From assembly GCA_051362555.1 (NCBI GenBank), contig CM120645.1:4898001-4962000 (forward strand): a DNA stretch of 64,000 nucleotides, in the 5' to 3' direction. Position 1 is the first letter of the stretch. Each line of letters begins with the position of its first letter. Positions 25,213 through 39,285 of this stretch are shown piece after piece. The notes beneath the pieces were generated by a model. That model was not told the DNA's origin. It saw only the letters and a program-made list of their open reading frames with translations, and searched no databases. The stretch is from Lingula anatina. Lineage: Eukaryota > Animalia > Brachiopoda. Both the position numbers and the translations under genes were made by a program.

Positions 25213-27390
25213 AACCCAGGGGTTCTCAATCAACCAATAAACAAAGGGTGTCAGTCTAAGCTCCACCCAATCGTAAATATTTTTGTTTGCCCCTTGGCTG
25301 TTGCTCATCTTATCGAGCTCATTAATATTAATCAGTAGATGCCCCTTGGTCAGAGAGGAACAACGTCAGGAACGAGCAGATACAGTTAAGCTGTCCAACA
25401 CTTGGTTAAACCGGAAAATTGCCACCCACCCAATTGTAAGCATTGCGGTAACACTCAAACGGGTATAGAATGGGCATTGGGTTTTTCAATTGGTACCTGC
25501 ACAGCTCGCAGATTTGGATGTTAGGCTTATCCCCTATTTCCTAACCAATGCCGTATATGCATACGTCAACCGACCTTGACACACCTTAACGTGACTGCAT
25601 TTCTTCCCCACCTTATAGATAATATAAACATCTTGAAGTCAGCGGAATAGTAGGAAAAGTTTATTATACGTTAGGTTAAGGGGTCTAACATTTTATTACT
25701 AACCCTATCCTGAGTTAATACTTCAGTACGTGTTAATGGTTACACTCAGCACCGGGGAAAATACTGTGGAACAATTACATTTAATCTATTTCAATCCCCT
25801 TTCACACATATTGTGGCGGGCTTTATTTACATATCACAGGTTAAGCCATGCCGCCCAGCCAAACCAGGAAAACAACTATTGGCACAAGACGTAAATCAAC
25901 CCCATCAGTTTGGTGCCAGAGAGCCCGACATATACCAACTATCGCGGTAGCCAGTGCCGTCAGCTTCCACTTCCAGTGAGGACTCCATCCAAGTCCTACC
26001 ACCATCTCTTGACAGCGAGCCCTCCCCAGTAGGTCACGCGCTCCCACCGTAAGGGAGCTACAGTCGCAGCCTTACAACAAAGCACTGCTGTTGCTAAAAC
26101 CGTCTACGATACATTTCCTCCAGCTGAGCACCCAGCTTGGCCATAAAAACGAATACCTTATCGCCGGTGCGGTAGGTGACCGCAGAGATTAAAATTCCCT
26201 ATCTAGTGCCCCCCCACCCCCCACCCGACCCACCAAATCAACATTTCCCCCTCATCTGCCCCGAACCCAAATAGACACAAGTACGACACAGACAAGATCT
26301 TTCCGGCCTGCAAAAGGTACACTGCTTCGGATACCTTATCAATGAACGCTCAGTTTAGCCGTAGGTGGCCGCTCCACAGCTTGTTTTTAAGGCTGGCCAA
26401 ATGTTTAATTGCACCATCGTCAGGTAGCCTGCAGAGAGGGCCAAAACCAGTTAAAATGCACCGAATTCAGATGCGGGGTATTCTGACCCGTTGATGATCC
26501 GTGATAAGTTTTATCAGGGTTTTGACGCTATCTTGCTGACAAGCAAAAAATGACAGGTGAGTTACAGAGGTGGGAATGAAATGCACGTTTTCGGATTATG
26601 CAGGCAATTTACATGCATTCATTCCTTCATGTTTGACAAAGGATAATTTTTTAAGACCTAGGCGATAAAACCGATCAGAATTTCTTCAGTTATGTTCCTT
26701 TTTGTATGCTTGGTCGTCGTTGTATCAGAGCGTTTTTGCTGGTGTTGCCATATTTGATTATATTGAAGATGTAAGCCAAGACTTTGTTGAAATTAAAAAC
26801 TTACTTTATTTTGTCATACGACGAAATACCAGTTTCACTTAAATAAAATGCTCATTACAATAGTAATTAATGATCAATAAAAAAATTGAACGAGAAATAA
26901 ACCACAATTAATCTGCAATGCTATGCAATAAATCATAGTAATACAGCAAAATTAACGCTACATGTACGGACTACATATAGCAACGAATGAATTTTGACAA
27001 TATATATTAAATATATAAATGACAGTTACTGCTAGTGCTATCAATATAGTATAGGAAATAAAAAAAATGATTCTGAAAAATTATATACAATGACGCCAAC
27101 TTATCATATTCTGTTTAATTGGGCTGCCATGAAGTTATATGCTAAAATGATAACAATATAAAAATAAATAAAATTCCACGTTATTTAGTACAATGACGCC
27201 ACCTTTTTTATCACCTAAGTGGACTGCCAAATAGTTTAATGCTAAAATGATAACAATATATAAATAAATAAAAATCTACATGATTTTGTTAGCAAATTAT
27301 TTTCACAACATCAAATAAAAACAGGTTAAATTTCATAAAAACATGGAATTAGATTAAATCTTGCTACTAGGTACAGTGTAGTAAGTGAAT

Positions 27391-27393
<3 letters not shown>

Positions 27394-27454
<61 letters not shown>
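27394..27454. repeat. (TA)n microsatellite
   Basis: Directly visible. Confidence 0.95.
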
Positions 27455-27457
<3 letters not shown>

Positions 27458-27830
27458 CATTATTCATATCAATTAAAGGTATTCTGTTTACCTTTATAAT
27501 TTGGTTTTTCGTTTTATAAAAATATTAATAATTAAACGCCGCAACCACAGAGCACCTGCACTAATGGAATGATTTTCAACTAACCTTTTTAATACTAAAA
27601 CATCAAATCTGCCAAGATGCAATATATAAATAAATAAATAAATAAATAAATACCCCAAGAGCACAGCTTATGGGAACAAAATTGATGTTAGTCTTTTTGC
27701 CTTGACATAAACATATGCTTTTGGAGTTCGCTTTTGGTTGTGCCATGCAATAATTGATATGTTAGTTTATCTCAAGTTAGCTATGATTAGGCCTACTTTG
27801 AAACTCTCCAATTCGGATATGTTGTATCTA

Positions 27831-28692
27831 TTACGGGAGAAACGTGTTGTTTCTTAATATAAGGCCAGAGTAACTACCAGCAAGATAATGCCTTGGAGAC
27901 ACCTAAGTACAGAGTCCAAGTAGCAAAAGTCTCCAACTGATGCTATCGACAGGCTTACAAAAATCAAGCCAGCACAGCCAGTCAAGGTTACACTAAAGCT
28001 CATGAACACCATCTTATAGCAGGAATTTATGCTAAGTAAGTTTGGATAAACAGCATATGCAGTTAACTTTCCAGATCTTTTATATACAACCAGAACAGTG
28101 CATACCACTGCATTGAATAATGCAGAAAGTGAGGCTGGTGCTATTACGAGGAGAAGGTAGGATTGGATATTACCAAAGAAACACGTTCCTTGGCAGTAGA
28201 ACATTTTCACTGGGACAACATCCCACATGTCTGATACTATTCCAGCCGACACCATCACCAATGGGATTGTATATGTAGTTCCAATACAAGCCAACAGATG
28301 TCTCTTTGGGCTTTTGCTCCAAGACAGACTGGCCGTGACGCCGTGTAATGCCGTTAAGGGCATATTTGCTAGCCAAAGAAAACTTACCAGCCAAAAGAAA
28401 TGGGCAATAGCTATGAAAGCCATACACACACTGCCATCAGTTTACACGGGGATAATTGCTGGAAGGGAAGAGAATAACCGAAGCAAGAGAAATACGATTG
28501 TAAGGTTTATGATCATTCCATCTGCAATATGCTTACAACCAAACCGAATAACACATGTAATAAGATGAACCAGTAATATACCCAGTGAAATGGAAGGTAA
28601 AACCCAAAATTCAAGAACAATCATGGAAATTAGATTACTAGTCCTTGGTATAATTTTAGTTTTATTTACTATTTGGGATATAGATTCTAGGA
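27831..28692 (-). pseudogene. Receptor copy E: 5'-truncated pseudogene, 7TM part of exon 3 only
   Basis: Homology begins abruptly at LESISQ (~28692). In-frame TAA at 28444-28442 replaces the Lys of PVKTDG, and a 5-nt insertion gives an early stop at 27854. It keeps its own 3' flank (26420-27830). Confidence 0.9.
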
Positions 28693-28888
28693 GCAAAAAA
28701 TAATTAATTAATTAATTAATTAAGGAACACAGTTCATGGGAATGAAATATGTTTGTCTTTTTACATTGGCATAAATCTATGCTCTTGGAGTGCCCCTTTG
28801 GCTGTGCCATGTAATAATTGATATGCTAGCTAACCTGAAGTTAGCAATGATTCACTTAGCCCATGTTGAAACTCTCCAACTCAGATGT

Positions 28889-31867
28889 CTACAATGGGGG
28901 AACAGTGTGCTTTCTGAAGGCCAGAGTAACTGCCAGCATGATAATGCCTTGGAGACACCTAAATACAGCGTCCAAGTAGCACAAGTCTCCAACTGATGCT
29001 ACCGACAGGCTTACAAAGATAAAGCCCACACAGCCAGTCAAAGTTACACTAGAGCTCATGAACACCATCTTATAGCAGGAACTTATGCTCAGTAAGTTTG
29101 GATAAACAGCATACGCTGTTAACTTTCCAGATCTTTTATATACAACCAGAACAATGCAAATCACCGCATTGACTAATACAGCCAGTGAGGCCGGTGCTAC
29201 TACGAGAAGAAGGTAGGATTGGATATTACCAAAGAAACACGTTCCTTGGCAGTAGAGCATTTTCACTGGGACAACATCCCACATGTCTGACACTATTCCA
29301 GCCGACATCATCACCAATGGGATTGTATATGTAGTTCCAATACAAGCCAACAGATGTCTCTTTGGGCTTTTGCTCCAAGACAGACTGGCTGTGACGCCGT
29401 GTAATGCCGTTAAGGTCATACTTGCTAGCCAAAGAAAACTTACCAGCCAAAAGAAATGGGCAACAGCTATGAAAGCCATACACACAGTGCCATCAGTTTT
29501 CACGGGGATAATTGCTGGAAGGGAAGAGAATAACTGAAGCAAGAGAAATACGATTGTAAGGTGTATGATCATTCCATCTGCAATATTCTTACAACCAGAC
29601 CGAATAACACATATGATAAGATGAACTAGTAATATACCCAGTGAAATGGAAGGTAAAGCCCAAAATTCAAGAATAGTCATAGAAATTAGATTACCAGTCC
29701 TTGGTATAATTTTGGTATTATTTACTATTTGGGATATAGATTCTAGGAACTTTTCAATACTCTGTTTGCAGATAAATATGTTGCCCTCAAAAGTGATAAC
29801 TTGACTCCGGTTGATGGTGACTTTTTCTGTGGCATATTCAAAATAAAAATAAAAGGCATCATAGTTCATGTTTGTAACGTCTGCCATTGAAACAACAACA
29901 ACGGGGCATAAAAAAGAGTCTGGATCGTGTACTTGTTTGAATGTCTGAAGTAAATCCGACCAAGGCGCGGTTTTGAACATACGATTATCATTTGAAACAC
30001 GCATGGTCATATCTATTTTGTGTTCTCCATAATATAAATTAAGGGAAAAGTTAACCTTAGGCAAGATGCTGGTTAAATTTATTCGCAATGACGCCTCTGC
30101 AAATTCAATAGATTCATACGTTGCATGTTTACCTCGTAGTCCTAATGGCAAACTTAGTAGCACTTCTATTTGTGAGAAAGGTTGGGAGGAGAACAGTGCC
30201 TGGCAACCAATTTTTTTCCTGTGGTTTACATCAGCTATACTAGCTATACTTTTACTAAATCTGAATTTAATTTCAGAACATATCACTCTGTGATTGGTGT
30301 AAATATTAACTGGAATGTTCTCATAATCAGTGAATGTAAGGATAATATCAATGTCCATGTGCACCCCTGAAAATTGTTGAAGCAAAGGTATACAATCTCT
30401 GTGAATGACACCATAGTTAAACTGGCGGGGACAGTCTTCATAACCACTGGCACACTGAAAAGAGAAGAAAAAGGTGGATAATTGGGTTGAGATTTGTAGA
30501 AGTTTGATAGCACGATGAAAACTAATCAGTGCAACAGCAATTTAATGTTCCATAGCTTTTTAAAGATTTCATAATTTACTTACATGTATATGTGGACCCA
30601 AAGGCAAGACGAAGAAATTTTTAACCAATTTTGTACTACAGATTTTCAGCCCAACGGCATGACAAAAAATTTCTTTTTAACCGAATTTTTACAACCGTCA
30701 GTGTCGACTTTTCCTTGTGGAGCTTCTATTTTCTTTCTACAAATTTCTATGGTTGAGCGATAGTCACTGTATTGGCATCGGGTAAATGAAGATAATTTTC
30801 TATGGATCCTTTTATTTGTTGTTGTCATTTCTTTTTATTATCGCCGAGGAACACAGACGAAATGTCATATGGTATTTGGCAAAAAGAACTCAAAGCAAAA
30901 CAAACAACAGACTGATGAAATTCGGCTCTGCAGGTAGGTTTATAAATGCATATAGTAATAGCAGATTAGCCGAAGTCTCCTTTTTCACATTTTTCTCCCA
31001 AACTAGAACAATCTGTTGACAACTGACAGGTGTTAGCAATACAGTGGAAAGATAGTGGCCGTAGTTTAAATCTGATTATAACTGTTAAATATAATTTACT
31101 GGGCACAATAAAAGGATTTATGTGGGATGAGATTATCAATGTTAGACAAGCTTCCCAGGGAGCTTGGCTCTAAAAAAACAAGCTCCAGATGTTTCTTCCC
31201 TAATTTCAGTCAGGATGTCTCCTCTTTGTTTTTCACACTTTGACTTAATTACTTCCAAGCGGAACTTGTGAGACAGAATTAGGGGGTGCAACCTGATTGG
31301 ATTGGACTTGGCCTCTGTAAGACCAGCCAATCAGAGGCATATGAGTTCAGTTACTCAGGAGAAAGTGAGGGCTCTCCCCTCACATCTCTAGAAAAATTCA
31401 CAATGTTCAGTAGAGCTTTATACAGGAAAAGAATTTATGGTGAATTTTAGAAAAGTTATTCAAACCCAGCCCAGTCACCCCTAATTTTTTTCTCTTTTCT
31501 TGTCTAATGAAGCAGATTTGAGCATTGGTCAAATGAAACATGGTTGTATTTATGATAGTTATCTATAACACTGTCCGCATATTTATTAGTCATTAAGGAT
31601 TAGCTGGTTATCATTTGTTTATTTTATTATATATGTATATATATACTGGACAATAGGAGTGTCACCCCCTTGATCAGAGTAATCAAAGTTATTAACCTGA
31701 AGAGGCGGAATATACGCAATGTCAGAATATCGAAGCAGTTGAATTGTTCAATCAGAACCGTTTCTTTTGGGAAATTTGATGTTAATAAAATGATACCAGG
31801 GGCATATCATTCCACAGTCATTTATCTCCCCCAAAGTATTGGTTCAGTAGGGGTGACACTTCTATTG

Positions 31868-31922
<55 letters not shown>

Positions 31923-32662
31923 TCTTTTATCATTGTTCAATGTTTGATGTAAAGGATATCAGCTAATAAAAAGTTATTATTTTTTAAATTCTGCATTAGA
32001 GTAATAAAAGTACAGTTGGCTTTTGATTTTAACTGCAGTATTGCTCTCACTAACATCTTGGTGGTACACAGCCATCACATTACAATAAATATAATATAAT
32101 GTAGAGGTCCAGTTCCTCGTGAAGCTAAAGCCCAAAGAGACTACTCTTGGTGTGTATTGGAGCTGTTATACAGTAAGCATTTTAAATCCCTGTCCGTACC
32201 ATTCAAATATGGCCTATGTAAGATGATATATATAGTGCTTTTATAACTTTTATCTAAAGTTTGCAATGTGTAACATTGTCTTTATTAATTATTCACAATT
32301 ACAATTTTACTTTGACAAAAAAGTTTATTTTAATATATACAATATTTTAAATATGTGGTTATTTCATTGCAAAACACGTGGCTCCATAATAATATACTTA
32401 CCGTGTCGGAGCTGATCTGAGAGTGTTGTGAAACTCTGCAATGGTACATGTTGTTTTCTTTAGCCAAACTTGGACCAACAGACAGAAGTGAAGAAAATCC
32501 CCTGGGATTGTATACATATCCAGGATCCCCTGGCAATGTATAATCGGAAATGTGCAAAGTATTAACTGACATTTAAAACATTTTCCAGTACAAGATGCAA
32601 AAGATAAGGTGTGTGCACTTGCATTAGCGCATGCATGAGTTAGTGTGCCTGAGTCAGTGTGC

Positions 32663-32698
<36 letters not shown>

Positions 32699-34183
32699 AA
32701 AGAGCAGTTTCATCTTCATTATTAAAAAAATATTGAGAAAAAAACATTTTAAGAAAAATACACGTACGGGCATATATGAACATCCTTTAAAGAAGGAAAA
32801 ACGTTCAATCTGTTGTTCTTTAAGATTGGAAGATTAAGTGTTAACTGATTGCTAAAAAAGTTACGCTTTTCTTTTAAATTTTTATTAAGAAAAATTGTTT
32901 TATACACGAAGAACAATATATAGATGTTTGTACTCACTGTTATTCTGACAGCTACCTGTTCCGTAAAAGTAAGGACCTTCCCAACAGAGAAAACAGAAAA
33001 AATTCTTAAAGTGTGTCCTTTGCAAGCTTACAGCATTAGTTGGTCCTTCAAAACACAAATCCACCAGTGCATTATAAGATACACCCGTTTTGACACCTCT
33101 CAAATAAATAAAGTCAAAGTCTTTTACATTCGGACACTTCACTAGCATTGCTTTATTTTCTTCAGCCGCACACAGACGCATGGCCAAATCTCTTGTAGAA
33201 AAAAAGTTGATGTAGCAATCTGAGTCGGTCTTCAAAACTTCTCGAATGGCTTCATCTGCAGATGACATGTTTTGGAATTTCTGTGGGCCTTGCAGATAAC
33301 AGCCTAAGGTGGCATTCCAGGGATCAATGTCTGAGATATTGTGACACTGTGTACAGAAAATGTTCTTAAAAGAGAGTCCAGACACCTTGTCGTACACAGG
33401 GGTATAATGTAAGGCGAGGTCTGTCATATTGGGCCTGTTGCTTTCACACTTCATTCGTATGCTTTCATCCTTCCAACTTTTGGGGCATGTCGAGACAAAC
33501 CAAAAATAGACCGGGACCGATTTGGTCTGTGAATATGCCAGTGGAGACATCAGGCATTTCATTTGAGCTAGGGTAATGTTTCGGATGAAAGTTTGCTCTG
33601 TGTGGTTTGAAGCACAGTCCCGCTCCATTTGCCAACAACAATCATTAAACATGTGGCAGTATTTGTCACATGAACATTGTATTTGGAAAGACCTGTCACT
33701 GATAAAATTGTTTGCGGCAAGACATAATTGAACATTTGGTTTTGGAATTTGGATGAATTTGGTTATCTCGGTTAGACTCGTATGAGCTCTAAGGGAAGCT
33801 TCTGTGCTCAATGCGGGTGTAATGTCATTATTTTCGGATTGATTTGGAGTGGCATCTGGAAAATCAGCCATGCCATCGGCCAATGAATGACGCCGAAACC
33901 TACCAGGTATCCAGGGCTCAGAAAAATCTGAACTTTGGATGGGGCGTCTTTTGATATGTCTTCTTATCATTGTTCTTGTTTTGTGCCTTTCAGGTTTCGC
34001 TTCTGCATTCCATCTTCTTCCAAGAAGCTCTCTCTTGTCTTTCATTAAAGGTGGGTTTACTTTTTTCACCACTTCCAAACTTGCTGTCGATTTTCCTTTT
34101 GGCATCTGTTTGATATTATTTGAGTGATAAAGGAAAACCATTACCAGGAGAAAAATTGTAACAAGAACTCCAAATTTCCCCAT
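28889..34183 (-). CDS. Receptor copy C, 979 aa; exons 34183-32938, 32529-32402, 30454-28889
   Basis: Canonical GT/AG at homologous positions; intact 2940-nt CDS; intron 2 enlarged to 1947 bp by insertions. Confidence 0.88.
30965..31100. repeat. Dispersed repeat, second copy at ~37965-38095
   Basis: Shared ...ATCTGTTGACAACTGAC(A/G)(G/C)GTGTTAGCAA...TGATTATAACTGTTAAA in non-homologous contexts (intron 2 of C; 3' flank of D). Confidence 0.65.
31646..31872. mobile_element. ~230 bp TA-flanked MITE (Tc1/mariner-type)
   Basis: TIRs CTGGACAATAGGAGTGTCACCCC / GGGGTGACACTTCTATTGTCCAA between TA runs; absent from intron 2 of copies A, B and D. Confidence 0.8.
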
Positions 34184-35786
34184 TGGGAATTGCAAAATCA
34201 CTGCTAACGAAAGTATTCCTTGTCAATAACAAAATGTTAAATTTTTCTGATTTGAACAGGTAGCGAATTTGTGATGATTGGAAGCAACTGGATGCTTTAA
34301 ATAGTTATTGGTCACTGACTCATGACTTCGAAACAGACAATATATAATAACTGTTATTAGGACCCAAACTTATAATGTTTCTTAAGACGTCATTTGGCTT
34401 GGTTATTAAACTGTTGCCATTTTAACTGAACGCACGTGGAATGGTCCATTGATTAGAAGTCACCTTTCGTATGTAGAATGAGAAATAGTTTACTTAATTT
34501 TCATATCTTTTTATTTTGTTTATTTATTATTTTTATCTATTATTTATACTTTGGCAAAAATTCAGAATATTTGACATACATGCATAACCTTACCCACACC
34601 TTTTTAAGGTCTTGTCAAGTTTGGATGTTTCATTATGCTTAATCATTAATGACCAATGCGTCACAGGAAGTCATTAAGTGCTAGAAAAATAAATTTTCAT
34701 AACATTTTGCAATTATCAGGTTTCTTTGTCGACGAGTTTAGATTGTAGAAGTCGTGCAAGTGAAAAGCAGTGATCATATTGGTGGTCAAATTAGTCTCAT
34801 CTGCTTGATTTTCATTGGCATCTGGGCTTCATAACTTGAAAGAATCACAAATTGCAAATGGGCACAAGCATGGCGATTCGGCACTATTCCATATCTCGAA
34901 AGCAATTCAGTTTGCTACCAAAGGCTAATAGCGATATCACCGTTAGTTTCGAGGCTAATATGTGGGACGAGTAAATCCCGTCGCAAGTGCCTTTGTGCAC
35001 GCATAATTTGTCATTTTATAGTGTCTTTAATGTAAATAAACATGACATTAAGTTTTGGTTGCTAGTCATAATAGCACAAGCAAGGCATGAAAGCTTATTA
35101 AAGATTGAGTCGCTCGGTAGCATTGATAGAAAAAAAAAAAGAATTCTAGGTATATACAGACTTGGCATTCAATATGGAATATTTCAGTTTCAAAGGTATG
35201 CCTAGGTAAAAATGCGATCTTTTTTCAAAAAACTCAGATATCATATAAGATATGAGAATGGAGAGGTGTGTAGTCAGGTGTATCGCTACCAATTAACTGA
35301 CTACCACGTCTGTTGCACCACTGCATTGTGTAATATGTAGTGATTTATTTGGGTAGTGGTCCCTGGGGCTGGCAAAGCTTGGCTTTCGTGAAGCATGGTT
35401 CTGTCAAAATTACTATCCATATGTCAGCAACTACTTCATAGAAGAATTTGAAAATTTGCATGCACACAGTCGATATTGCAGTGCGTAAACTGAGTTAAGC
35501 AGTGTTTTACAAATTTGGCTACCTGTGCCAGAATGGCGCGTAAACGACAGACATTGCCAGACAGATTATTGTGTCACACGTAGCGGTTCGCACAGTTGTA
35601 TAGAGTTATGCCCAGACTGATGTATCTACACAGAGGCCCCTAAATTCCGACATCATGGTTTGATTATATATATATTGATTGGCATTCTGAGCACAATACT
35701 TGTAATGATACGGGGTATATGATATGATGGTAAACCTTTATTGTGTTATAAAGTGTCAAAAATGGAAATAAACTCATATCATTGCA

Positions 35787-35978
35787 AATGTGAAAATAGT
35801 TTCATTGGATCTTAGTTTTGTTAGTCAGAAAGTTTTCATTTAAGATAGATCCTGAAAGATTTACCTGTTGGCTGTTTCGTCTGTCAGTTGTGACCAAGTC
35901 TGTCAGAGTGAACAGACGAAACAGCCAACAGGTAAATTAAAATTTCAGGATCTATCATAGATGAAAACTTTCTGACTA
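35787..35978. mobile_element. Hairpin-containing insertion flanked by 13-bp direct repeats (possibly Penelope-like remnant)
   Basis: Inverted arms ~35822-35884 / ~35912-35978; TCATATCATTGCA at 35774-35786 and 35979-35991. Confidence 0.6.
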
Positions 35979-36194
35979 TCATATCATTGCAGTTTGTCAT
36001 ATTCAATCATTCATCATGTTCAGAATCTCAGAATGGAGCAAATTGGACATTTAAAATTGTTCTATTGATACTTTTCCTATGTCAAAAGTTTTCTTAGTTG
36101 ATCATATAAAATTACAGTAAATTGACTATTTTGTTTTCTGTAAAAAAGGCGTTGAAAATGGAAATATTCTCATTTCAGTACAGTCATCTCTTGC

Positions 36195-36990
36195 TTACAT
36201 TTTGGCATTTTCAAGGTGTGACTCTGAACTTCCATGGGCTTGAAGACCTTTTCCAGTTATATCCGTGATATTCTTATTTTATTATTAAAAATTGATTATG
36301 ATTATGCTGATAAGCATTATGTAATATTGCATCAAAAATGAAGAAAACCGTATTTTGGGCATTGATCCCATAGGGACCATTAAAGGAAAACGATGTCACT
36401 TACTCTTCTTAAACTTACAGGAAAGAAACATAGGACTTAAATGCAGCCTGAGTTGGAAAGCAGTCTAATTGGCTTCTTTTCTGTTGTACATTTTATTTGT
36501 GAATTTTTTTATCTTTTACATATTGGCGTTTTCAATGTGGAACTTAGAACTCCCACTGGCATGAAGCCAAGTGGTAATAAAAATGTCTAAATGCCCATGT
36601 TATTATTAGTAGATAATTAAAAATTGGTGGCAATTATTCAGTTAATCAATATGTAAAATTGCATCAGAATTGGCAAAAAATCTACTTCGTGCTCTGCCAC
36701 CACAGACGTTATGAAAGAAAACTGTGTTACTTATTATTTTTTAACTTACAAGAATGATTCTTAGGATTGACATACAGTTCAAATTAGAAAAACTAGCTCT
36801 ATTGGATTATCATTTTTATTGAATTTACGGATTTTTTTTCTCATTCTGGCATTTCCTAAGTAGGAACTCTCATTGGCCTGAAGCTTTAAGCTTTTACTTT
36901 CATTGTTATTACCTGTTGTGCTTAATTGAAATTTGATGTTGACTTTGCAGTTAGGCATAATGTATTATTGTACAGAATTAACAGTATCCT
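36195..36990. repeat. Degenerate ~320-bp tandem repeat, about 2.5 units
   Basis: TGGC(A/G)TTT...GAACT..CA..GGC.TGAAG recurs at ~36202, ~36524 and ~36847, each followed by a similar AT-rich TAAAAATTG...ATGTA..ATTG block. Confidence 0.6.
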
Positions 36991-37644
36991 ATTTTGTGCG
37001 TTATTATTTCCTGCTTTTTGCCCGTACATTTGACAGCTTTGCTGCCTTTTCTTAGTCTACCATTGGGTATGCTTATTCGTCCTTGTACCAGAGCAATTTT
37101 TTGCTGGTGTTGCCATTCTTGATTATGGCACCGTCAGTTGAATTTGAAAGTCAAGACATTATTGAAATTAAAACTTTCTTTATTTTGTCATTCGACGGAA
37201 TACCAGTTTCACTAAAATAACAACATCGCTAATAACAATAGTAAGTAAAGATAAATAAAGAAATTGAACGAGATATAAACCACGAAAAAATCTGTAACGC
37301 CCAACAATAAATCATAGTAATACAGCAAAAATTAGCCCTACATGTACTAGCTTCACGCAATATCAGTTTATCTTTGATTTAGGCAAAGAATGAAATTTAA
37401 TATTATATCTGTTTAGGGCATAAATGACAGTTGCTGGAAGTAGTATCAATACATTACAGGAAATAAAAAATGATTTTGATAAATTATGCACAATGGCACC
37501 AACTTTTTGATTACTGTCTAATTGGACTGCCCAAAAGTTTTATGCTCAAATAATAACAGTAAATAAATAAACAAAACTCCACGATTATTTTCACAACATC
37601 AAATAAACACATTAATTTGAATAAAAAACAAAGAATTAGATTAA

Positions 37645-37693
<49 letters not shown>

Positions 37694-39031
37694 AGACTGA
37701 CATTTACCTGTTTGTTTACATTAAATTATGAAATATACTCTACTCTACCATATTACTTTATATTTCAAATGGGAGGGGAATCTGCCTCTAAATCGTACAA
37801 ACGTACAAAAGGTGTCCCCATGGATATTGAATTAAAATATACCGCTACCGTAAGATATCATTGATGTAGAATAAAAATTGAGACATAAATAACATTTGTA
37901 AAATAATTCATAGGCGCTTGCACAGATGCCATGGTTCAAACCCCAAATCTATATTATAATAGCAAATCACCCAAAATCTCCGCTTCACGTTTTTCTTCCG
38001 AACTACAACGATCTGTTGACAACTGACGCGTGTTAGCAAAAGGAAAATATTGGACACAGATTGAATTTGATTATAACTGTTAAAAATATATTATTTTGAA
38101 GGCATTTTCTAGCCTTCGGCAATTTCCGTAAAACTTCATGTGTGACGGGTATTATATACTGTCAATATAACCTTAGAGGACAGTGAGATTTGGTGGCGCA
38201 GTGGATAAAACCTGGGTCCCAACTCAACGTACGGACTGCTACGTGTGATCTATGCACCCCCCCCCCTAAAAAAAAATGGAGAAAACTTGGGGTGCGATGC
38301 GATGCGTGCGTTGCACGTGGTTAAGGCGCACGATACACATACTTATTTCTCGCTCACTCCGTGCTCATTCCGCACTTCTACGCTCCCGCCGTGTGGACCT
38401 TACGGGCTTCGTAAATATCAGTGAGGAGTGGTCACTCCATGTGCACGGACCGTGGGTTTAAAAGGAGGAGCATGCACAAAAAACATCATGTCAGCCTTGG
38501 GTTTCAAGTTTGAAAAATGCCTAATTATAAAATTATATTGACATTGTTCAAATCAACTATACATGTAGGTGTTATCTTTACCTTGATAATTTTCACAAAC
38601 ATATATAGCTACACAGAGCTTGTGGTGCATTTGCATACCTAACAAAAAGCACTCTACCAATCACAAATATGAATATAACTTACACATTCACTATTATAAA
38701 TGTATGAAACGCATGCCAAGTGCGTTGTGAATTAACAAAGCAAATTAGTGACATTCCATGGACATTTCAGTAATACTAAATTTTTCTAATACCTTATCCA
38801 AAACCTTTGAAAACCACGATCTATAGATCTGTTTCCAAGTTCTTAATTTCTAATTTTTACTGCCACTAATCTCCATTATTAGAGTGACTCAAAAACTATC
38901 AACTGTATCTATTCCTTTTGGCTTTTCGTTTTATAAAAATATCCAGAATTAAACGCCGCAACCGCAGAGCACCTCCACTAGCGGAATGTTTTCCAACTAA
39001 CAATTTTATACTAAAAATCAATTCCTTCAGA

Positions 39032-39032
39032 A

Positions 39033-39079
<47 letters not shown>

Positions 39080-39080
39080 A
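39032..39080. repeat. (TAAA)n microsatellite
   Basis: Directly visible. Confidence 0.95.
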
Positions 39081-39285
39081 ACACTCAAAGAGCAGTTACT
39101 TATGGGAACGAAAAATATATTTGTCTTTTTACTTCGGCATAAATCTATGCTCTTGGAGTGCGCCTTTGGTTGTGACATGTAATAATTTATATGCTATTTT
39201 ACCTGAAGTTAGCAATGATTCACTCAGTCAGTTAGCTATGATTAGGCCTACGTTGAAACTCTCCAATCCAGATACATTGTATCTC

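Noticed and set aside
38188-38225. tRNA-like A box (TGGCGCAGTGG)
   Set aside because: No B box or cloverleaf follows; at most a SINE scrap.
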